Assembly: GCA_030390025.1 (NCBI GenBank)
Contig: JASTWF010000343.1
Span: 496,001 to 518,285 of the forward strand
Length of the DNA: 22,285 bases
Reading direction: 5' to 3'
Origin: Squalus acanthias
Lineage: Eukaryota
Below are positions 10,641 to 18,908 of the stretch, piece by piece (position 1 is the stretch's first letter; each line of letters begins with the position of its first letter). The notes under the pieces are model-generated. The model did not search any database, was not told where the DNA came from, and worked only from the letters and a program-made list of their open reading frames with translations. The translations under genes and the position numbers were made by a program.

Positions 10641-10731
10641 TATGAACACCAACAGCAGTGAGGAGGGGACAGTACATATTTTGTATATTATAACATATTC
10701 CTAATATCCAAAACACTTCACCCCAATCCAT
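10641..10731 (-). CDS. gpr139-like: Coding exon 1 (N-terminus and first half of TM1) of the GPR139-like gene
   Basis: ATG at 10731 gives MDWGEVFWILGICYNIQNMYCPLLTAVGVH plus 1 nt, then donor A|GTAAGG at 10640. It resembles the family IYYPxLAAxGVP motif and joins exon 2 in phase 1 (A|TT = Ile, then NLVTIVILSR). Total ~332 aa. Confidence 0.85.
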
Positions 10732-10814
10732 GCCTTCCCTTCTGTGTGTGTCTGGTGGTCGTTGTGCTGGGGGCAGCGCGCTGACTGTGTGAGGTGACAC
10801 AGTGAAGGGAGCTC

Positions 10815-10851
10815 CTTATTTAGAGCAGAGGGAAATCCCCGAGTGACATCA
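10815..10851 (-). promoter_or_regulatory. Putative GPCR core promoter: TATA-like TAAATAAG (10815-10822), NF-kB site GGGAAATCCC (10830-10839) and ATF/Jun site TGACATCA (10844-10851)
   Basis: Motifs read directly from the sequence. They lie 85-120 bp upstream of the exon-1 ATG in the expected order. Confidence 0.5.
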
Positions 10852-10999
10852 TTAGGCCTCACTGTAACTGGTATTAATTACAGTCATTGAAAAAACAGAC
10901 CCATTCTCACCACGACATTTTACTGCAACACAATCTAGCTCACCTTATTGTACACAGTTTTAATTTAAAAGTGAGCGAATACGCAATATTTCACCGGCC

Positions 11000-11158
11000 C
11001 ATAAACATAAGTACATAAGAATTAGGAGCAGGAGTAGGCCACACGGCCCTTGGAGCCCTTCATTGAATGAGATCATGGCTGATCTTCGACCTCAAATCCA
11101 CATTACTCCCACACCCACCCCATCCTCATATCCCTTGATTCCTGTAGAGTCCAAAAAT
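11000..11158 (-). mobile_element. Short CR1 3'UTR fragment
   Basis: The reverse complement resembles the 3'UTR at 21770-21902 (TCAGCCATGATCTCAT.GAATG...GGCCTACTCCT) and ends in (TCTTATGT)-like repeats. Confidence 0.8.
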
Positions 11159-11255
11159 ACCGAGGACAGAACAGAGAGAAGGGAGTTTCTCTTCCTGTAT
11201 TGATCTAAAGCTGACAACAAAAGGTGAGAAATTGACAGAAAAAGGAAGGGTCAAT

Positions 11256-11710
11256 GTGTTAGCTGTGGCTCAGTGGGTAGCACACTCGCCTCTGACTCAG
11301 AAGGTTGTGGGTTCAAGTCCCACTCCAGGGACTTGTAGCACGTAAATCTAGGCCGACACTCCAGTGCAGTGCTGAGGGAGTGCTGCACTGTCGGAGGTGC
11401 CATCTTTCGGATGAGACGTTAAACAGAGGCCCGGTCTGTGCTCTCAGTGGACGTAAAAGATCCCATGGCCCTCTTTCGAAGAAGAGCAGGGGAGTTATTC
11501 CCGGTGTCATGGCCAATGTTTATCCCTCAATCAACATAACAATAACAGACTCAGCTCCTTATCATTTTGATTGCTGTGGGCAAATTGGCTGCCGCGTTTC
11601 CCACATTACAACAGTGACAGCACTTTCAAAAGTACTTCACTGGCTGTAAAGCACTTTGACATGTCCGATGGTCGTGAAAGGCGCTATATAAATGCAAGTC
11701 TTTCTTTCTT
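11256..11710 (+). mobile_element. tRNA-derived DeuSINE (SacSINE1-like), full length
   Basis: A-box TGGCTCAGTGG (11266-11276) and B-box GGTTCAAGTCC (11310-11320). Deu-domain-like core GGAGGTGCC.TCTTTCGGATGAGACGTTAAAC..AAAGATCCCATGGC, and L2-like tail GTAAAGC.CTTTG..GCGCTATATAAATGCAAG(TCTT)n. A second copy lies at 14552. Confidence 0.85.
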
Positions 11711-14551
11711 AAAAGATAGAATCGTAGAATGGTTACAACGCAGAAAGAGGCCATTCGGCCCGTCGAGCCCGTGCCGGCTCTCTGCAAGAGCACTTCAGCA
11801 AGTCCCACTCCGACGCACTTTCACCTATACTCCTGCAATTTATTTTCCTTCAAATATTTATCCAATTCCCTTTTGAAAGCCACGATTGATTCTGCCTCAC
11901 CACGCTTTATGGCAGTGCATTCCAGATCCTAACCACACACTGCGTAAAAAAGTTTTTTCTTATATGCCCTTTGGTTATTTTGCCAATCACCTTAAATCTG
12001 TGTCCTCTGATTCGTGACCTTTCCACCAATGGGAACAGTTTCTCTCTATCTACTCTGTCCAGACCCCTCATGATCTGGAACACCTCTATCACATCTCACA
12101 ACCTTCTCTGCTTAAGGATAACAACCCCAGCTTCTCCAGTCTATCCAAGTAACTGAAGTCCCTCATTCCTGGAATCATTCTTGTAAATCCTTTCTGCATC
12201 CGCTCGAAGGCATTCAAATCCTTCCCAAAGTGCGGTACCCAGAATTGGACACAATACTCCAGCTGAGGCCGAACCAGTGTTTTATACAGGATCATCATAA
12301 CTTCCTTGCTTCTGTACTCTATGCCTCTATTTACGAAGCCCAGTATCACGTATGCTTTTTTAACCGCTTTCTCAAACTGCTCTGCAACCTTCAACGATTT
12401 GTACACATATACCCCCAGGTCTCTCTGTTCATGCACTCCTTTTAGAATTGTACCCTTTCGATTATGTTGTCTCTCCTCATTCTTCCTACCAAATTTTATC
12501 ATTTCACACTTTTCTGCATTACATTTCATCTGCCACGTGTCCGCCCATTCCACCAGCATGTCTATGTACTCTTCAAGTCTAACTCTATATGCCTCACTGT
12601 TCAATATACTTCCAAGTTTTGTGTCATCTGCAAATTTCGTATTTGTGCCCCGTACTCCCAAGTCCAAGTCTTTACTATATGTCAAGAAAAGCTGTGGTCC
12701 TAGTATAAACCCCTGGGGATCACCACTGCATACCTTCCACCAGTCCGAAAAACAAACGTTCACCACTACTCTCTGTTTCCTGTCACTTTGCCAATATCAT
12801 ATCCATGCTGCCACTGTCCCTTTTATTCCATGGGCTTCAACATTGCTGGCAAACCTATTATGTGGCACTTTATCAATGTCTTTTGGAAGTCCTTGTACAC
12901 AACATCAACTGCATTGCGCTCATCAACCCTTTCAGTCATCTCAAGAAAAACTCGATCAAGTTAGTTAAACACGATTTGCCTTTGACAAATCCGTGCTGGC
13001 TTTCATTAATTAATCCACACTTGTCCAAGTGACTGTTAATTTTGTCCCAGATTATCGTTTCTAAAAGCTTCCCAACCACCAAGATTAAACTGACCGCTCT
13101 GTAATTGCTGGGTTTATCCTTACACCCGTTTTTGTACAAGGTGTAACATTTGCAATTCTCCAGTCCTCTGGCACCACACCGTATCTAAGGAGGATTGGAA
13201 GATTATGGCCAGTACCTCCGCAATTTGCTCCCTCACTTCCCTCAGGATCCGAGGGTGCATCCCATCCGCTCTTGGTGACTTATCGAGTGTAAGTACAGCC
13301 AGCCTTTTCAGTACCTCGTCTTTATCAATGTTTAGCCCTCCCAGTATTGCAACAACCTGCTCTTTCACTATGACTTTGGCAGCAGCTTCTTCCTTGGTAA
13401 AGACAGATGCAAAGTATTTATTTAGTATCTCAGCCATGCCCTCTGCCTCCATTCGTATGTTTCCTTTTTGGCCGTTAATCAGCCCCGCCCCTCCTCTTAC
13501 TGCACGTCTACTATTTATATGCCTATAGAAGACTTTAGGATTCCATTTTATGTTACCCGCCAATCTTTCCTCATAATCTCTCTTTGCCCCTCTTATTTCC
13601 TTTTTCACTCCTCTCTGAACTTTCTATATTCAGCCTGGTTCTCACTTGTATTCTGAACTTGACATCTGTCATACGCCCCATTTTTCTGTCCCTCTTACTC
13701 TCTATTTCTTTCGTCATCCAGGGAGCTCTGGCTTTGGTTGCCCTACCGAACGCCCTCGTGTGAATGTACCTCGATTGTACCTGAACCATCTCTTCTTTAA
13801 AGGCGGCCCATTGTTCGATAACAGTTTTGCTCGTCAATCCTTCATTCCAATTTACCCAGGACAGCTCCGTTCTCAACCCACTGAAATTGGCCCTTCTCCA
13901 ATAAAGTATTTTTACTCTAGATTGCTCGCTGTCCTTTTCCATAGCTAATCTAAACCTTATGATACTATGATCACTGTTCCCTAAATGTTCCCTTACTGAC
14001 ACTTGCTCCACTTCACCTCCCTCATTCCCCAGAACCAGATCCAGCAATGCCTCCTTCTCTTTGGGCTGGAAATGCACCAATCAAGAAAGATCTCTTGAAC
14101 TCACTTCAGAAATTCTTCCCCCTCTCTGCCCTTTATACTATTACTATCCCAGCCTATATTAGGATAACTGAAGTCCCCCATTATTACTATACAATATTTC
14201 TTCCACCTCTCTGTTATTTCCCTGCAAATTTGCTCCTCTATATCCTTCCCACTAGTTGGTGGCCTATATAACACACCTAGTAGTGTAATGGTACCTCTAT
14301 TGTTTCTGAAATCCAACCAAATAGATTCTGTCCTTGACCCCTCCAGGACATTCTCTCTCTCCAGCACTGAAATATTCTTCTTAATCAATACTGCTACCCC
14401 ACCTCCTATCTTTTTCGAACATCTTATATCCAGGAATAATTAGTATCCACTCCTGTCCTTTTTCCTATGTGGTTATTTGCGCCTGCAGCTCACCAACCTT
14501 ATTTACCACGCTTCGTGCGTTTACACACATGCACTGTAAACCTATCTGACA

Positions 14552-15010
14552 GTGTCAGCTGTGGCTCAGTTGGTGGAACACTAGCCTCTGAGTCAGAAGG
14601 TTTCTGGCTTCATGGTCCCATACCAGGGACTTGAGCCCATAAATCTAGGCTGACACTTCAGTGCAGTGCTGAGGGAGTGCTGCACTGTTGGAGGTGTCGT
14701 CTTTTGGACGAGACGTTAAACCAAGCCCGCTCTCAGTTGGACCTAAAAGATCCCATTGCACTAGTTCGAAGAGCAGGGGAGTTATCCCCGGTGCCCTGGC
14801 CAATATTTAACCCTCAATCAGCATAACAGAAACATATTATCTGGTGATTATCACATTGCTGTTTGGGGGAGCTTGCTGTGCTCAAATTGGCTGCCGTGTT
14901 TCCCAGCTTACAACAGTGACTGCTCTCTAAAAGTACTTCATTGGCTGCAATGCGCTTTGAGACGTCCGCTGGTCATTAAAGACGCTATATAAATGTAAGA
15001 ATTTTTTTTA
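14552..15010 (+). mobile_element. Second DeuSINE (SacSINE1-like) copy, inserted in the CR1 ORF1/ORF2 spacer
   Basis: Aligns by eye over its whole length with 11256-11710. The B-box is degenerate. Possible short TSD TATCT. Confidence 0.85.
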
Positions 15011-15026
15011 TTTTATCTTAGACCTT

Positions 15027-15593
15027 ACAATAGCAAAAATACTGCGGATGCTGGAAATATGAAATAACAGAAAATGCTGGAAACACTCAGCAGGTCAGGC
15101 AGCATCCGTGGAGAGAAACAGAGTTAACATTTCAGTAGAGAGCTGCAGTCAGAGTGGGAGTGGAGCAGAGAATTAAAGTGACAAGTGCTCCACTCCCGAA
15201 GCTTGTAAATTCCTAATAGAAAGATGAGGTGCTGTTCCTCGAGCTTACCTTCTAAGAGGCCGAGGACAGAGAGGTCAGAGTGGGAGAGGAGCGCTTGTCA
15301 CTTTAATTCTCCGCTCCACTCCCACTCTGACTGCAGCTCAGGCGGCAGCTGTTGATGATTCTACCATCCCCATTGGCAACATTTAACCACTCCTGCCTCC
15401 CACCCTATCACAGACCGTCTATTTTGTTATTTCCTCCCCTCCCCACTTTCCCTGCCTCTGCACCTGCTTAAAACCTGCTACATCTCTAACATTTCCAGTC
15501 CTGACGAAGGGTCAAGGACCTGAAACGTTCACTCTATTTCTCTCTCCACGGATGATGCCTGACCTGCTGAGTGTGTCCAGCATTTTCTGTTTC
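15027..15593. mobile_element. Non-autonomous Penelope-like element with terminal inverted arms and an internal inverted repeat
   Basis: Arm ~15065-15135 is the reverse complement of ~15520-15592. Flanked by a 13-bp TSD TATCTTAGACCTT (15014-15026) / TATCTTAGGCCTT (15594-15606). The Penelope assignment rests on recalled shark repeats and the hammerhead-like motif. Confidence 0.7.
15496..15534 (+). ncRNA. Minimal type I hammerhead-ribozyme-like motif
   Basis: CTGACGA (15501-15507), stem II GGGTC/GACCT, GAAA (15522-15525), short stem III with CG, NUH = GTT, and stem I AGT/ACT with a C:C mismatch next to the core. Confidence 0.5.
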
Positions 15594-15729
15594 TATCTTA
15601 GGCCTTCTTGGATTCTCTCAGTTTGACCCCATCTAATACCGTACTATTTCATACTCTACTGCTATCTGTCTCTCCCAATCCTTTGTGCACCTTATTTCTC
15701 CTTTCTAAAGCCACATCCTGGTGCCCATC

Positions 15730-16617
15730 CCCCTGGCAGATGAGCTTCAACCCACCCCAACAGCACCAGCAATCCTCCCTACCGCCCCGTCAGGATATTG
15801 GTCCCAGCTCTGTTGAGGGGCAACCCCTCCAGCCTGTACAGGACCCACCTCCCCCAGAACCGGTCGTAATATCCCAGGAATCTGAAGCCCTCCCTCCTGC
15901 ACCATCTCTCCAGCCACACATTCACCTGCTCTATCCTCCTATTTCTATATTCACTAGCTCGTGACATTTGGAGTAATCCGGAGATTACTATCTTCGAGGT
16001 CCTGATTGTTAAACTCTTTCCTGGCTCTCTATAACCTGCCTGCAGGATCACATCCCTCTTTCTACCTATTTTGATGATACCGATATGAACCACGACTTCT
16101 GGCTGTTCACCCTCCCCCCTCAGAATGTCCTGCAGCCACTCAGTGACATCCTTGACACTGGAACCAGGGAAGCAACATATCATCCTAGAGTCACGTCTGC
16201 GGCCGGAGAAATGCCTGACTGCTCCCCTCACTATCGAATCTCCTATCACTATTGCTTTCCCGATCTTCCTCCTCCCTCCACCTACAGCTGGGCCACGCAT
16301 GGTGCTGTGGACTTGGCTCTGGCTGGACTCCCCAGAGGGAACAATACCGGTTAGAGAGTGAGATCCACTCAGGGGACACTGTAGTACCTGCCTGATCCTC
16401 CTTGTTTGTCTGACGGTCACCCATTCCCTCTCTGCCTGCACACTCTTATGCTGCGGGGTGACCACCTCCTGAAACCTGCTATCCACGGAGCTCTCAGCCT
16501 CACGGATGCACCGCAGTGACGCCAGCTGCTGCTCAAGCTCTGAAACACATGGGAAGTGTCCTGGAGTTCCCACATGGCACAAGATGTGCTTTCAATGGGA
16601 CTGAGGAGCCCGGCCAT
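15730..16617 (-). pseudogene. CR1 ORF1 (degenerate Cys-rich N-terminus, coiled coil and SGNH esterase domain)
   Basis: MAGLLSPIESTSCAMW.., VSELEQQLASLRCIREAE, IVIGDSIVRG, CCFPG..VKDV, VVVHIG and L.LNRAGTNIL. Frameshifted near the start. Confidence 0.88.
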
Positions 16618-17030
16618 GCATCTATTTAATAGACTACAAACTAACTAAACAGAATTAAACTCAAGACTTCAAAAAAATCACAATCAACACACCATGTATT
16701 TCTTTGCAGGGACTTCCCTTGTGCTGACGTCACTTTCCTCATTCCTTGCACTCCCTCAGGGCTCCGGGTTCTCTAACTTACCTTTATCACCGACCGTTCC
16801 TCTCGCTCTCTCCTCCTGCACACTCTGCTACTAAATCCCACTCTTTCCAAATTCCCAACCTAAGGACTCTGTTTAGACCACTGAGAAAATGGATTTCCCC
16901 ACACTAGTTCTCTGATTTATTCCATGCCAGATATTCAGGATTAAAAAAAATAATAAATAAATATTCCTAAACGGCAGGATCTGAGAGATGATCCCAGTGA
17001 TGTAACAATGGGACTCGCCTGCATGACGAT

Positions 17031-17672
17031 GCTCCCACCTCAATCCAGGAATTTCATTCCCAGGGCCCCCTAGATTACACTGCTCCCACCTCAATCCTGG
17101 AATTTCATTCCCAGGGCCCCCTAGATTACACTGCTCCCACCTCAATCCAGGAATTTCATTCCCAGGGCCCCCTAGATTACACTGCTCCCGCCTCAATCCT
17201 GGAATTTCATTCCCAGGGCTGCCTAGATTACACTGCTCCCGCCTCAATCCAGGGATTTCATTCCCAGGGATATCTAGATTACACTGCTCCCCCCTCAGTC
17301 CAGGAATTTCATTCCCAGGGTTATCTAGATTACACTGCTCTCTCCTCAATCCTGGAATTTCATTCCCAGGCTGCCTGGATTACACTGCTCCCGCCTCAGT
17401 CCAGGAATTTCATTCCCAGGGATATCTGGATTACACTGCTCCCGCATCAATCCAGGGATTTCATTCCCAGGGCTGCCTACTTTACACTGCTCCCGCTTCA
17501 ATCCAAGAATTTATTTCCCAGGGCACCCTAGATTACTCTGCTCCCGCCTCAGTCCCGGAATTTCATTCCCAGGGCACCCTAGATTACTCTGCTCCCTCCT
17601 CAGTCCAGGAATTTCAATCCCAGGGCCGCCAAGATTACACCGCTCCCGCCTCAGTCCCGGAATTCAATTTCC
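17031..17672. repeat. 51-bp minisatellite, ~12.5 copies (GCTCCCGCCTCAATCCAGGAATTTCATTCCCAGGGCCCCCTAGATTACACT)
   Basis: Units are directly visible. The 17-aa periodicity of ORF 16873..17349 reflects the unit. Confidence 0.95.
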
Positions 17673-17896
17673 AGTTAATTTCTCTATTGCCTGAAACTAG
17701 AAGAAGAACATGTTTCTGAAGGGTGACCTTACACAGACAAACATGTCATGTTGTTTGACCGCGGGGAAGAATAATTAAAAGGAGCAAATGGCAATACCAA
17801 AGAATCAAAGGCAAAAGTTAAAACTTTAAACCAATGAGATAAATAGCCTGTAAGCTCCTCAATACTCTATGAAACGCTCTGGAAACATTGAATTCT

Positions 17897-18343
17897 CGCA
17901 TAGTCATACTCACAGAAACATAACTATCAGTCAATTTCCCGAATCCTCAATCACCATCCCAGGCTGTGTCCTTTTCCACTGGCAGCACAGGCCCACCAGA
18001 GGTGGGGGCACAGTGTTTTACAGCCACATGGGCGAGACCCTGCGAGTCCTCAACATTGCCTAAGGGTATAATGAAGTCTCTCAGCTTCCAGTCAGACATG
18101 GGCAAGGTAACTTCCTGCTGTTTACCACCTACCGCCCTCCCTCAGCTGATGAATCGGCACATCTTCATGTTGAACACCAGTTAATGGGAGCACCGAGAGC
18201 AGAAAGAGTGCAAAATATACTCTGGTGTGGAGGGGGATATTTCAATGTCCATCACCAAGAGTGGCTCGGAAGTACCATTATTACCCGAGCCCTGAAGAAC
18301 ACAGCTGCCAGACTGGGATTGCGGCAGGTAGTGGGAGAACGAA
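17897..18343 (+). mobile_element. Decayed APE endonuclease fragment of a second LINE family, cut by the CR1 insertion at ~18345
   Basis: Frame-broken motifs IVILTET, ITIPG, RPTRGGG, TTYRPPSADES, G(D)FNVHHQEWLGS and ARLGLRQVVGE, ending abruptly where a CR1 5'UTR begins. Confidence 0.8.
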
Positions 18344-18344
18344 G

Positions 18345-18908
18345 ATGAAGAGCGGAACAGAGTGTTAAGCTGCGAGTTTGGTGAGTGACGGAGTGAATTT
18401 TAAATGTTAATCTCTTATTTCTAAAAATTCTAGACTTGTGTGCTTGCAATTAGCATTTTAATTTACTGTTTCAAGTTTTAAGTTTCTTCCAGGCCTGGGC
18501 AGGACTAAGCAAGCTCTGTGCTGGAGAGCAAGTGAGAGTATTTAATTAATTAAGTGGTCTAATCTGGTTCTGTAACTGCCAGAGAGCTCACTTATTTAAA
18601 TCTCAGCAGTATAAATAAGGGAGGCTAGAGTGCAGTTTGTCATGGAGTGCAGATCGGATCAGAGTGTTAAGCTGCGAGTTTGGTGAGTGAGCGGAGGGAG
18701 GTGTTCCTTTCTTTTTCCATCTTTGTCAGCTTCCAGGAAAGCAGGTGCTAAAAAGCTGCACAAGAGGGGACAGAGAACCAGAGTATTTCTACAGCATTTC
18801 TACATTCCAGTCATTAATGTAAAAGTAAGGTCTCTAGTTTAGAGTAAGTAGTGTTTAAAGGGAGGTAAGGTCCCTAGTGTATTTAATATATTTTAATTTA
18901 AAGGGAGA
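18345..18908 (+). mobile_element. 5'UTR of the CR1 copy whose ORF1 resumes at 21907
   Basis: Ends ...TTTAAAGGGAGA and rejoins AGACATGGCAGGG across the inserted element. Contains a 31-bp direct repeat (18358-18388, 18660-18690) and TATAAATA (18610-18617). Confidence 0.65.

Larger units (their letters stand above)
11713..16830 (-). mobile_element. Near full-length decayed CR1 LINE (5'UTR, ORF1, ORF2, 3' tail), interrupted by a SINE and a Penelope-like insert
   Basis: ORF1 at ~15730-16617. ORF2 runs from CVNARS (~14525) through YRPP, MGDF, SDH, GFVKGKSCLTNL, KFADDTKL and WNALP. The tail is (ATTCTACG/ATTCTATC) at ~11715-11730. Many disablements; the 5' boundary is approximate. Confidence 0.92.

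Noticed and set aside
10985..11003. ATTTCACCGGCCC as a possible right Harbinger TIR, which would put GPCR exon 1 inside the transposon
   Set aside because: Only a weak match to the presumed left end (~6737-6755), no clear TSD, and it abuts a CR1 tail.
11256..11330. tRNA gene
   Set aside because: The A/B boxes continue into a SINE body and tail that are duplicated at 14552.
16873..17349. 158-aa ORF with 17-aa repeats
   Set aside because: Translation of the 51-bp minisatellite.
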